From NCBI RefSeq assembly GCF_016097555.1, contig NC_054701.1:67160366-67224365 (forward strand): a stretch of DNA of 64,000 nucleotides, written 5' to 3'. The stretch comes from Gigantopelta aegis. Lineage: Eukaryota. How positions within the stretch are numbered: position 1 is the first letter of the stretch; every line of letters starts with the position of its first letter. The notes below the pieces were generated by a model. It made no database searches, had not been told where the DNA came from, and was given only the letters and a program-made list of their open reading frames with translations. The translations under genes were made by a program, and so were the position numbers. Shown here in pieces: positions 1 to 12,174 of this stretch.

Positions 1-365
1 ACTCAACACATTTTATTTACGGTTATATGGCATCAGACATATGGTTAAGGACCACACAGATATTGAGAGGAAACCCGCTGTCGCCACTACATGGGTTACT
101 CTTTCTGATTAGCAGCAAGGGATCTTTTATTTGCGCTTCCCACAGGCAGGATAGCACAAACCATGGCCTTTGTTGAACCAGTTACGGATCACTGGTCGGT
201 ACAAGTGGTTTACACCTACCCATTGAGCCTTGCGGAACACTCACTCAGGGTTTGGAGTCGGTATCTGGATTATTAAAAATCCCATGCCTCGACTGGGATC
301 CGAACCCAGTACCTACCAGCCTGTAGACGGATGGCCTAACCACGATGCCACCAAGGCCGGTATAT
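1..365 (-). mobile_element. SINE variant 'SINE-2', 5'-truncated by the window edge. It has the same core and tail-A as the main family, but a different tRNA-like head shared with family 3
   Basis: The reverse complement ends with ccggccttggtggcatcgtggttaggccatccgtctacaggctggtaggtactgggttcggatccc. The body carries the conserved 'gatcccttgctgctaatc...gggtttcctctc' core and the 'ccatataaccgtaaataaaatgtgttgagt' tail. Confidence 0.8.
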
Positions 366-728
366 CATAACAGAACATAACCTCTACAAACCAAATACTC
401 CTTAAACCATTCCTTTTAAATTTGGTCCAATGGGTGTCTGCTTTAGAAGGGTTTCTCTGTAGTACCAGTACAACCTTTTATGATTAAAATTTGACAAGTA
501 CAGATCGATTAAAACTTAGTCATGTTTAAACTCTGAAATACTGTTTTCCAAACAAAACCATTTCCTTGTTCAGCCATGCAGAGATGAAATAAATGTGAAC
601 ACAAACAAACAAACAAGTCCAATAATCATAAAATAAATGGACCTGTGAAATCCAATGCTGTCATTTATGTAGTGTAACCAATGTTAATGGACAAAACGTT
701 GATAACGACTTGTGCTGGTGTTGGCGGG

Positions 729-1640
729 ACAGATAGCCCAGTGGTAAAGCCCTCGCTTGATGTGCAGTTGTCTGGGATCGATCCGCGTCGGTTGGCCTGT
801 TTAATGTCTGTGTATCCCCCAACCCCATTTCGCAAAATGTTCTAATGGCTGTTAGGTTAATCTAAACCAAAATGAGTGTGGGACATTGCCCAGTGGTAAA
901 GCACTCGCTTGATGCACAGTTGTCTGGGATCGATCCGCGTCGGTTGGCCTGTTTAATGTTTGTGTATCCCCCAACCCCATTTCGCATAATGTTCTAATGG
1001 CTGTTAGGTTAATCTAAACCAAAATGAGTGTGGGACATTGCCCAGTGGTAAAGCACTCGCTTGATGTGCAGTTGTCTGGGATCGATCCGCGTCAGTTGGC
1101 CTGTTTAATGTTTGTGTATCCCCCAACCCCATTTCGCAAAATGTTCTAATGGCTGTTAGGTTAATCTAAACCAAAATGAGTGTGGGACATTGCCCAGTGG
1201 TAAAGCACTCGCTTGATGCACAGTTGTCTGGGATCGATCCGCGTCAGTTGGCCTGTTTAATGTTTGTGTATCCCCCAACCCCATTTCGCATAATGTTCTA
1301 ATGGCTGTTAGGTTAATCTAAACCAAAATGAGTGTGGGACATTGCCCAGTGGTAAAGCACTCACTTGATGCACAGTTGTCTGGGATCGATCCGCGTCGGT
1401 TGGCCTGTTTAATGTCTGTGTATCCCCCAACCCCATTTCGCATAATGTTCTAATGGCTGTTAGGTTAATCTAAACCAAAATGAGTGTGGGACATTGCCCA
1501 GTGGTAAAGCACTCGCTTGATGCACAGTTGTCTGGGATCGATCCGCGTCGGTTGGCCTATTTAATGTTTGTGTATCCCCCAACCCCATTTCGCATAATGT
1601 TCTAATGGCTGTTAGGTTAATCTAAACCAAAATGAGTGTG
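729..1640 (+). repeat. Tandem array of six 152-bp units derived from the tRNA-like 5' head of the local SINE family; it runs into a seventh copy that is an almost full SINE
   Basis: Unit starts fall at 729, 881, 1033, 1185, 1337 and 1489 with a 152-bp period. Each unit carries the A-box-like 'gcccagtggtaaagc' and the B-box-like 'gggatcgatccgcg'. Confidence 0.9.
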
Positions 1641-1850
1641 GGACATTGCCCAGTGGTAAAGCATCTGCCCGATGCGCGGTCGATCCTCGTTGTTGGGGCC
1701 CATTGGCCTATTTCTCGTTCCAGCCAGTGCACCACGACTGGTATGTCAAAGGCTGTGGTATTTGCTATCCTGTCTGTAGGATGGTGCATTTAAAAGATCC
1801 CTTGCTACTAATGGAAAAATGTAGTGGGTTTCCTCTCTAAGTATGGCTTT
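1641..1850 (+). mobile_element. tRNA-derived SINE (head + core, truncated tail-B type), continuous with the upstream head-array
   Basis: ggacattgcccagtggtaaagc...ggcccattggcctatttctcgttccagccagtgcaccacgactggtat...gatggtgcatttaaaagatcccttgctactaatggaaaaatgtag. Confidence 0.85.
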
Positions 1851-1974
1851 GTCATTTACGCTTGTAGATAAAGTGATTACATGAAATAAAACAGAAACAT
1901 CTTTTTATTGTCCACATAAAATATGACAACATCGCACCTCCTGCTGATTGCTGGAAAGGTTTTTAAAAAAGTAT

Positions 1975-2290
1975 GTTTTATTTAATGACACCACTAGAGC
2001 ACATTGATTTATTAATCATCAGCTATTGGATGTCAAACATTTGGTAATTTTGACGTATATATTCTTAGAGAGAAAACCCGCTACATTTTTCCATTAGTAG
2101 CAAAGGAATCTTTTATATGCGCCATCCCACAGACAGGATAACACATACCACTGGCTTTGATATATACCGGTTGTGGTGCATTGGTTGGATTGAGAAATAG
2201 CCCAATGGGTCCACCAACAGGGATCGATCCTAAACTGACCGCACATCAGGCGAACACTTTAACACTGGGCTACGACCTGTCACCGTTTGA
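1975..2290 (-). mobile_element. SINE, main family, tail-B subtype
   Basis: The tail 'gtttaa(t/c)gacaccactagagcacattgatttattaatcatcagctattggatgtcaaacatttggtaat' plus the core 'agcaaaggaatcttttatatgc'. Confidence 0.85.
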
Positions 2291-2435
2291 AAAGAAGCTG
2301 CTTTAACACCACCCAGCCCCCACTGTTTGAATATCATTATATTCATTCAGTTGCCATAGTCTGACACCCAATAGCCAATGTATTTTTTGTGCCAGGGTGT
2401 CCTTAAATATTCATTCATTCATTTATATTGATTTA

Positions 2436-2742
2436 GAGGCAGGACGTAGCCCAGTGGTAAAATGCTTGCTCGATGCGCCGTCAGTCTAGGTTCAATCCCC
2501 ATCGGTGGGCCCATTGGGCTATTTTTCATTCCAGCCAGTGCACCAAGACTGGCATATCAAAGGCTGTGGTATGTACTACCCTGTCTGTGGGATGGTGCAT
2601 ATAAAAGATCCCTTGCTGCTAATCGAAAAGAGTAGCCCATGAAGTGGTGACAACAGGCTTCCTCCTCTCTCAATATCTGTGTGGTTATTAACCATATGTC
2701 CGAAGCCATATAACCGTAAATACAACCTTTCCTTCCTTCCTT
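2436..2742 (+). mobile_element. SINE, main family, tail-A subtype, full length (tRNA-like head gaggcaggacgtagcccagtggtaaaatgc...ggttcaatcccc)
   Basis: Head, core, and the tail 'ccatataaccgtaaatacaacctttccttccttcc'. Confidence 0.9.
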
Positions 2743-2850
2743 GATTCAGTGACTGTTCAATGTGTGCTGTTCAATTATCTTTTCACCAATATGTATAAGC
2801 TTTACTAACAAATTATCCTGTTGAATGCAAACCACTCACCTGGAATTTAT

Positions 2851-3143
2851 GAAGGAAGGAAATATTTTATTTAACGATGCACTCAACACATTTATTTACA
2901 GTTAAATGGTGTCAGACATATGGTTAAGGACCACACAGATATATAGAGAGAAAACCCGCTGCAGCAAGGGATCTTTTATATGCACCATCCCATAGACAGG
3001 ATAGTACATACCATGGCCTTTGTTACACCAGTCGCGGAGCACTAGCTGGAACGAGAAATAGCCCAATGGGCCCACTGACAGGATTTGATCCCAAACCGAA
3101 CGTGCATCAAGCGAGCGCTTTACCAATGGCTACATCTCGCCCC
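2851..3143 (-). mobile_element. SINE, main family, tail-A
   Basis: Reverse-complement copy; track ORFs 2902..3126(-) and 3066..3290(+) lie inside it. Confidence 0.85.
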
Positions 3144-3693
3144 TTGGAATTTATGAGCAAAGTGATCTGTCACTTGCCTGTTATTTTCAAATGTGAAGGA
3201 CTGGTTATGGTATATAAACAAAAATCAATCATGGGTATTACACTTGCTATACTATTTCATATCAAGTATATCTGTCACTCAGGGCTTTAAGCTGATGACA
3301 AATTAAAACTATTTCACTTGGGACATAAACTCAATGTGAACTGGAAGCTCATTTATAGATAATTAAACACCAGACATGCAGACAATTAATAATCAATACA
3401 CAACAGATCCACGTAAAGGTTTCTAATATTCTGCTTCTTAGTCTGAGCAGGATCTGAAATGACGCAATTTTTAAAGGTTTTTTTCTACATCCTAGTTACG
3501 TTCAAACTCACTGTCCTGAACATGTACCTCAGGTGGCTGGGAGATTTTATGTCACCCTATTTGTTCCAGACATTTTTTTTTTATCAACCTAATTTCATGA
3601 CTATCCTTAACATTTTAAAGACATTTTTTATTCAATTCCATACTACATCTTTGTATTTTATACAGACATTACTAGTGAATACGGGCCTCTGTG

Positions 3694-3960
3694 GTGTTGT
3701 GGCTAAGCCATCGGACATATGGTTCGCAGCCCGGTACCGGCTCCCACCCAGAGCTAGTTTTAACGACTCAGTGGGTAGGTATAAGGCCACTAAACCCTAT
3801 TCTCTCTCACTAGCCACTAATAACTAACCACTAACTCCCTGTCCTGGACAGACAGCCCAGATAGCTGAGGTGTGTGCCCAGGACAGTGTGCTTGAACCGT
3901 AATTGAAAATAAGCATGAAAATAAGTTGAAATGAAATAAAATGAAATGAAAAAAAAATAA
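3694..3960 (+). mobile_element. SINE family 3, with a distinct tRNA-like head (…ccatcggacatatggttcgcagcccggtaccggctcc…) and a different body/tail ending in (gaaat/aaaat)n
   Basis: Shared with the copies at 9165..9400, 18128..18240 and, in reverse complement, 36776..37000. Confidence 0.75.
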
Positions 3961-5729
3961 TGACACTATACACTTTTTTTAATCAGCTTAATTTGAAGAC
4001 TATTTTTAACATTTTAAAGGTATCTTCGATTCAATATCCCCTATCAGATCTTTGAGTTTTATGCAGACATCCCCAGTGAATTTAGTTTGGTCTACAATAC
4101 AAAGTATTAGAGCTGGGCGGTATTGAAATTTGAGGTTCAGTATCGATATCAGTATTTTCGGGGTGATTTACCTCGGTATCGGTACGGTATTCGGCATCGA
4201 CACGATACCGATATCGAGCGCTATTTTCGGTATACTCAGCTTTAAATGCATGCCTGTGTTATGGCTCACCCGCTAATTTCATCTAAATACAATTAAATTC
4301 CATACACAAGGCTCTCGTCTGATTTATACCAACCCATTTTGCGTTTGTCAGATATATTATTTGTGCTTTCCGGGAAATATTTTTCAATACCGAAATTTTG
4401 TTATTTTGAAATTTGTTCAGTATGGTAAATTGGTATTGACATAATACAGATACCAAATGGTAAATACGGAATACCCAATTGTAAAAACGGTATACTGCCC
4501 AGCTCTACAAAGTATTCCCTGATTTCTTTTCATCAGTAATACAGTGAAACCTGTCTAAACTACACCCTGAACAAACCAAAATCCTGTCTAAACTACACCC
4601 TGAACAAACCAAAATCCTGTCAAAACCGGCCTACATGTAGTTTCATAGTCCTAAATTTTCTAAATTCTAAAACACGACCCTCTAAACACAGATCCTGTCT
4701 AAACTTAATAAATATAATGTCCCCGGCATGATTCAGTTTAGACCGATTTCATTGTGTAATAATAAATAAAAAACTTAAAAGGGCAGTCTCAAAGTTGCAT
4801 AATGAAACAAATGTTTAATAACTTGAATAACATGTTCACCAAAAATGACAATGTAACAATTTCATTTACTACTTCAGGCAACACATCACCATTTGACGTG
4901 CCATTACTTGCTGCAGCAGCTTAATATAGAGTCCAGTTAGGAAACAGTTCCTCATAAAAAAAAATAATACAATGCTTTTTGAAATCTTTCTTTGATGATT
5001 ACACGTAGGATGACCTCTGCAGTATTTAAATAAGGCATTGGTTTAAAATTACTTGTTGCATGTAGTACTAACTGATAACAACTGTTCAAGTAGTATGGTG
5101 CCACATGTATAACAGCAACATGAGGTGGTGGTCAGGCATAGACGCCATTAATTTTTAAAAAATGTGGTTGACCTATGTCGATTTTTTAAACGGTACTTGT
5201 CAGTTGAGAGTACTCCCTAAAATTAGTAGTCACATGACTCTCTTGACAGTGTTGTATTTTTCACAGAATATATTCTGACAGAAATTGTACTGAAAGTTCT
5301 GCATGGAGTAATTAATGGTGGTGTGTAACCTTAACGCTCAAAATTAACTGAGGTAGGGGAAGGTGCCGCTCAAAATTAACTGAGGTAGGGGAAGGTGCCG
5401 CTCAAAATGCTTTTTGATTATCAGTTTCATAAACAGTTAAACAAAACAAACTTGTAATACATGTTTGTCTCAAGTCTTCCACATTTCTGTTAAGAAGTTA
5501 TAGTAAGAGTTATTTAGGTAAACGAAGATGACGATTTTTAATGTACTTTATATTTTTAGTTACAAATTCTTGGAGAAAATATTTTTACGTTAATTATGCC
5601 CAAACTTAAGAATTTGTCACCCATGGCAATTTTGAATCTCCCCATTTGTACTGCAATGTTTTGTTGTTGTAAAAAGTTACTTTTGCAGCAAATAAACACA
5701 ACTGAAAGGTTATTTTGTTATATGAAGAA

Positions 5730-6052
5730 AGGAAAGGAAGGAAATGTTTTTATTTAACGATGCACTCAACACATTTTATTTAAGGTTATATGGCGTCAGA
5801 CATATGGCTAAGGACCACACAGATATTGAGAGAGGAAACCCGCTGTCGCCACTTCACAAGCTACTCTTTTCGATTAATCTTTTGTATGCACCATCCCACA
5901 GACAGGATAGTACATATCACTGCCTTTGTTACACCAGTTGTGGAGCACTGGCTGGAACGAGAAATACCTCAATGGGTCCACCGACGGGGATCGATCCTAG
6001 ACCGACCACGCATTAAGCTAATGCTTTACCACTGGGATATGTCCCACCCCCT
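5730..6052 (-). mobile_element. SINE, main family, tail-A
   Basis: Full reverse-complement copy; track ORFs 5744..6016 and 5790..6062 lie within it. Confidence 0.85.
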
Positions 6053-6949
6053 TGCCATATGAAGTCTTATGGCAATTTATATCTCAATGACAGCATGTAA
6101 TTACCATTAGTGCCTTTGTTAAGTTCGAGTCCTGTAGAATAGATTAATTTGTAGTTATATAGGTTATAACACATACATTTTTTGCTAAATATGAAAATCT
6201 GAAACTTGCAACTTTGAAAATGTACCTTTTAAAGTTGTTTAAAATGTAATAGAGCTTCAGTGCAGACGTGCTTCCGTATAGTGGCCAGTTGATATTAACT
6301 CATCACAGTGCAGGCTAACCGTCTCAGGATCAAAGAGGCAAATATCGGAGATTATGATAACCCCATTAACATCAGACATTCTGACAACTGATAATCAATA
6401 TGAACAACAGATCCACATATTGGAGTTTTCTGCTTCTTAATTCAATCATTATCTGGGGATATTATCAAGTGGCGATATGTTTTCCATAAATACATCAACT
6501 TGGCTGGGCTGCCGAAGCTAGCTGACTGGCACTGCTCAAGTGCTGACCAGTGAACGGGCATTGTGGAAATCCAATAGAAGGTGCGTAATTCAATTGGCAG
6601 ATGCACACAGCTGATGTCTCAATAATCAATCAGACATGTGGACACCTCGGGCTCCAGGTCTGAGATCTATTTAGAGGCAGGATATGCGGCAAGCATGCAA
6701 TGACGTTGAATAACATTTCTTTTGTAATGAGCTTTGTTGGCAGGGGTTTTTTTTAATAGAAAAACTCATTTAAGATTTATTTTGTTATTTTTTAGAATTT
6801 TTTTTTTTAAAGGTTTATTGATTTTTTTTCAAATTGATTTTTTTTAAACAACAACAATAACCACTGGCAGCAACAACAAAAAATTAAATTAAATTTTTTT
6901 TTTTTAAATCCACCATTTAATTTCCAATATATCCCATGCAGTTTACAGT

Positions 6950-7640
6950 ATGCTGACACACATTTTTTTTAAATGTGGTTTATTAAATTCTTTCCACATT
7001 TTAAAAAATAACTTGACTAGAGTATATATGCATACAAGTGTTGATAAATGTTTTTTAAAAGACATTTATTAAATTCGTTTCACAATTTTAAAACTAACAT
7101 AACATTAACTACAGTATGTATAAAAATGCTGATAATCTTTTTAAAAATGTGGTTTATTAAATTCTTTCAACGTTTTCCCATCCTTTTATTTTTTAACCAA
7201 GTCTAATTGAAACTCATTCCAGTCTGTGCTATTGCATGCATTGATAGTTAGATAATTTATTTATTATTAACGACAGTTTATTGAATTTTCCCTCATGTTT
7301 TTAACTAAGTCTGATTCCAAACTCTTCCCATGCAGTCTGCAGAATACAAGTAATTAGGCCTATGGTTAGATACCGTAATTAAATTATTTGTATTGAATGT
7401 TTATAGAATTTTCTCACAGTTTGTTCTGTGTTTGTTTCATTGAGGGTTTTTTTAGCAAAATTTTATTCCAAATTCTTTCCAGTCCGTTGTGTACAAGTAC
7501 CTGTAATTATATATAACTTAATTTTTTTCATTTTGAATGACAAAAGTTTTATTGAATTTGTTTCAAGGTTGTTTTTTTTTAATGAAATTTAATTCCAACC
7601 TTTTTCTAGTCTGTCATTAAAATTAAGTTAAAGTGTTTTT
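6950..7640. repeat. AT-rich degenerate tandem repeats of ~100-120 bp sharing the motif 'tttattaaattctttc(c/a)acattttaaaa'
   Basis: The motif recurs at ~6980, 7065, 7150, 7270, 7400, 7550 and 7590. Confidence 0.6.
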
Positions 7641-7654
7641 TGTTTAACAACACC

Positions 7655-7850
7655 ACTAGAGTAGATTCAGGGCTAGCTCTGGAAATTCGCCAAGTCACCA
7701 ATTGTGAATTTTAAAAATAATTGACAAATTTAATTTTAATATGGCGAATAAATTTCATGTGATAACTTTTTTTTAGTAGAAAATATCTAGGTAAATAGAT
7801 AGATGATTTGGCAAAATGTTTTGCTCACTCAGAGCTAGTCCTGAGATTGA
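7655..7850. mobile_element. MITE-like element of about 190 bp with ~15-bp terminal inverted repeats (tCAGGGCTAGCTCTGg / its complement cAGAGCTAGTCCTGa)
   Basis: TIRs seen at 7667..7682 and 7829..7844. The CAGGG terminus is typical of hAT-type TIRs. No clean TSD was identified. Confidence 0.5.
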
Positions 7851-9164
7851 TGTATAAATCATGGGCTACGGTACTGGATGTCAAACATATTGCGGTTGTG
7901 ACACATAACCTTCAAAGAAAACCTGCAACATTTTCCAACTAGCTGGTTATAGATCACTTATTTTTAATGAGAGTTTACTGTATTTTTCTGTTTTTTCAAA
8001 CTCTTGCCAATCTGTGGCATGCATACAAAAAAAATTGTGGTAAAATTTAACTGATTCATTTTTAATGACGATTTACTGAGTTTTTGTCTAGTTTTTGAAA
8101 ACTAAATGTCATTCCAAACAATACACTTTGTTATGAAATAAATGCCATGACATTTTAAAAGCATTTTCCTTTTTTTTTTTTTTTTTAAAAGATGTTCAAA
8201 GACGTTTCTGTGATCATCAACATAATGTTATAATACATGTATGTTTTGATGTCAATTACCGCTCTTCTTATTTTAAAATGGAAAACAAAATGTTTCAAAC
8301 AATTTAAATTTTCCATGATTTTCCATGACCAAACTCAATATTCCATGACTTTCTGTTATAAAATTTTGTGCAGAACTAGGGTAGTTATAGACACTACCCG
8401 TTATCTCAGAAATGAGCAGCTTAACCCCCAATGTTTTCTGATTCACTTCAAGGGTGAGGGGTGTTAGTATTTATATCCGTGGCGTTTATATCGATTGATA
8501 CACTGCAGGTAGGAATTTTAGCCACATATGTTACTATTGTCGTCTATGGGATTTGATTTGGTAGGATACACCCTTAACGTTTTTTGTTTGTTGCAATTAT
8601 AAATACTCTCGGATACAAGGCATTATGAATTAGCTACTACTTCCCTAAGTACCACTATTCATACTCCATTTAATGATCAACATTATCATAAAGGAACCGT
8701 TATAGCTATATGCTAGTATAAAATAGTAAATACGTATTTAATTACAATACTTTACAAATAGCTACACATTAACTAGAGGATAATAATCTCGGTTATATGA
8801 AGACTGGCAATATCCACATACTATTTAGTGATTGATTTATCAAGGCAACTTTGCAGCCATACATACATGTAATAAAGGACAGAGAGCACAAATAGACATA
8901 CATTAATGCAACTATTTCCATCATATTGAAAAATGGATACAATACTTTATTTACAGACATACACTAACTCATTACTAATGACATACAAAAGACTACTTTT
9001 CATATACTGTAAAACAGATTAATATTGCAAGATGTGGGTTTTTTCTCTCATGAATATGCAATTTAGTATAACATGCATGTTCACATATAATGTCGTTAAT
9101 GACACATGTATTATTAAACTGGTACATTAGTGTAACATACCTTGCTGTCTGTGGGGAGCCACCA

Positions 9165-9400
9165 GCCTCAGTGGCGTCATGGTTATTCCATCAGACATAT
9201 TAGGCTGGTAGGTACTGGGTTCGCAGCCCGGTACCGGCTCCCACCCAGACCAAGTTTTAACGACTCAATGGGTAGGTGTAAGGCCTCCTCTCTCTCACTA
9301 ACCACAAACAACTAACCCATTGTCCTGGACAGACAGGTGTGCAAAGAGGTGTGTGCCCAGGACAGCATGCTTGAAAATGTTGGGAGCCATCACTCTCGCT
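9165..9400 (+). mobile_element. SINE family 3 copy
   Basis: cagtggcgtcatggttattccatcagacatattaggctggtaggtactgggttcgcagcccggtaccggctcccacccagaccaagttttaacgactcaatgggtaggtgtaagg... Confidence 0.75.
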
Positions 9401-10129
9401 CCCCATCACTCCCCTGAGGCCAGTTCAAAGAAAGTAATTTTTTACCTCCCCTTAAGCGGCGTTCTCATTGTGCTATTAGTCGCATCGACTTGTCGCATAC
9501 GATTTGTTGTAGCAACTTGAATCGTGTATGTGGGAAGACATAACGTCATAAGATTTAATGACATCAAACATAGCTCATAAGTTTAAAAATATTTTTGCGG
9601 GAAATGTAGGTGCCTACAAATTTCCACTGGACTAAAGAAAACATGAAAGTAAACAATTTACAATTAACAAAATAATTATTGACCACATTATGGATCCATG
9701 AACTCCAGACATTTTGACAGGTTGATAAGCAAATGAAAAAACATGGAAATGACAAAACTAAACAATTGTACTTTAATGTGATTTGATTGGCTTAGAGCTT
9801 ACGATTTGTCATGAGAAATGGAACATGTTCTAATTGGTACGATTTCGACACAACTTGTCATATAAGACTAAAGTTGTTCCGATTCAGGTGTTCTCACAGT
9901 ACAATTTGATTGCATGTGATAAGTCGGTACGACTAATCTCATAATAAGAACACCCCTTTAGCACATGATTTGTCTTTTTTAAATAGTGTACTACAAAAGA
10001 ATTAAATATCAATGCTCAGTATGTACCTTAAATGTTATGGGAACAATTTATTAATTACTGTCCAAAGGGTTTTTTCAGTGAAGAAGGAAATGTTTTATTT
10101 AATGATGACACTCAAACATGTTACAATGG

Positions 10130-10990
10130 CAGTAAAGTGTACGCTCTAGTGGGAAACATGCTACCATGGCAGTAAACTGTTCAGTGTACGCTCTAGTGGG
10201 AAACATGCTACCATGGCAGTAAACTGTTCAGTGTACGCTCTAGTGGGAAACATGCTACCATGGCAGTAAACTGTTCAATGTACGCTCTAGTGGGAAACAT
10301 GTTACCATGGCAGTAAACTCTTCAGTGTACGCTCTAGTGGGAAACATGTTACCATGGCAGTAAACTCTTCAGTGTACGCTCTAGTGGGAAACATGTTACC
10401 ATGGCAGTAAACTGTTCGGTGTACGCTCTAGTGGGAAACATGTTACCATGGCAGTAAACTGTTCAGTGTACGCTCTAGTGGGAAACATGTTACCATGGCA
10501 GTAAACTGTTCAGTGTACGCTCTAGTGGGAAACATGTTACCATGGCAGTAAACTGTTCAGTGTACGCTCTAGTGGGAAACATGTTACCATGGCAGTAAAC
10601 TGTTCAGTGTACGCTCTAGTGGGAAACATGTTACCATGGCAGTAAACTGTTCAATGTACGCTCTAGTAGGAAACATGTTACCATGGCAGTAAACTCTTCA
10701 GTGTACGCTCTAGTGGAAAACATGTTACCATGGCAGTAAACTCTTCAGTGTACGCTCTAGTGGGAAACATGTTACCATGGCAGTAAACTCTTCAGTGTAC
10801 GCTCTAGTGGGAAACATGTTACCATGGCAGTAAACTCTTCAGTGTACGCTCTAGTGGAAAACATGTTACCATGGCAGTAAACTGTTCAGTGTACGCTCTA
10901 GTGGAAAACATGTTACCATGGCAGTAAACTCTTCAGTGTACGCTCTAGTGGGAAACATGTTACAATGACAGTAAATTCTTCAATGTACGA
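10130..10990. repeat. Minisatellite, 47-bp unit x ~18 (gtacgctctagtgggaaacatgttaccatggcagtaaactgttcagt), with a few c/g and t/c variants
   Basis: Direct inspection shows near-perfect periodic copies. Confidence 0.95.
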
Positions 10991-11828
10991 CTAACCAAAG
11001 CTTGTTTTTACCTGATATTACTTCTCCATGACGATGACCCGGAGAGCACAGCCATTCTTCTGATTCCCCCCGGCGTGGCCTAGTGTCTGATAAAAGAGAT
11101 TGGCTCAGCTGTTCTTTACCTGCTTCCTCGTTCCACACTGACTGATCAATGTACACCGTGCCATTCAGTAAGCATTACAACGAAAAGCTTTTATTTTAAG
11201 AGAACAAATCAATGCTACTCAAAGGAGATTGCAGACGAAGAAGTAGGCGCAAATTATTTATTAGATGACAAGTGTGCCGAGAGGGAAGAATGTCTTCTGG
11301 GTCAGAAGACGTGATATTTATTTATCTTAAAAGCGTTTATGCAAGAAACTTGTCAGTGCTATAATGAAACATTTTCCATTAACTAGTGACTTTAGTTTTG
11401 TTCAAATGTCATTTAGTTTAATGTTGTACAATATTGATCCAGATGATAAGGTTATATTGGTGGGTGATAGTTAGGGTGGGTGGGGGGGGGGGAGAGACAT
11501 TTAGAAGCGAGAATTTAGGATTAGTGCAAACTGCTAAATGTTCAATTATATATTAATTATTTAAAATCATAAATTACCTAACAGATTTTTTTTTTTCAAA
11601 TTCAAACCCAACTCTTGTGGCTTTATTTTGATAGGTAGAAATCTCAGACAATGTGTTATTATGTGAGAAATCATATTTCTAGGACCATCGGAAATGAAAA
11701 CCTCATCAAAAGTGAGCGTTAAATTCCATCTTTGTGTTCCATTCTATTCCAGTCAGGGTTTTATAATGTGGCTTTGTCGTTCGGCTGATCAGGAGTTACG
11801 AACTTTCAAAAGGCATCTTACACTGGGA

Positions 11829-12169
11829 GAGGTGAGGCATAGCCCAGTGGTATAGCGCTCGCTTGGTGCGCGGTCAGTTTGGGATCGATCCCCGTCAGTG
11901 GGCTCATTGCGCTATTTCTAGCTCCAGCCAGTGTACCGCAACTGGTACATCAAAGGCTGTGGTATGTGCTATCCTGTCTATGGGATGGTGCATATAAAAG
12001 ATCCCTTGCTGCTAATCAAAAAGAGTAGCCCAAGAAGTGACGACAGCTGGTTTTCTCTCTCAATATCTGCGTGGTCCCTAACCATATGTCTGACACCATA
12101 TAACTGTAAATAAAATGTGTTGAGTGCATCGTTAAATAAAACATTTCTTTCTTTCTTTCTAACACTGGA
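11829..12169 (+). mobile_element. SINE, main family, tail-A, full length
   Basis: gaggtgaggcatagcccagtggtatagcgctcgcttggtgcgcggtcagtttgggatcgatcccc head … tail gttaaataaaacatttctttctttc. Confidence 0.9.
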
Positions 12170-12174
12170 AAGGA

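Noticed and set aside
729-1640. Regular direct-repeat arrays (152-bp, 47-bp, 44-bp units) as possible CRISPR arrays
   Set aside because: This is a eukaryotic locus with introns and SINEs. The arrays have no unique spacers, since the whole unit repeats, and no cas genes.
1646-1840. Many short track ORFs such as 1646..1840, 2902..3126, 5744..6062, 11931..12113, 14740..15007, 22004..22395, 29215..29549, 34388..34573, 34896..35078 and 39679..40191. They share peptides like 'MVHIKDPLLL' and 'LGYFSFQPVHHDWY'.
   Set aside because: They lie entirely inside SINE copies, with the same peptide recurring in both orientations. They are SINE-derived spurious ORFs, not genes.
2436-2520. tRNA genes, suggested by tRNA-like A/B boxes such as 'tagcccagtggtaaa…ggttcaatcccc'
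   Set aside because: These are SINE heads, contiguous with the SINE core and tail and repeated dozens of times. No complete cloverleaf-compatible stand-alone tRNA gene was found.
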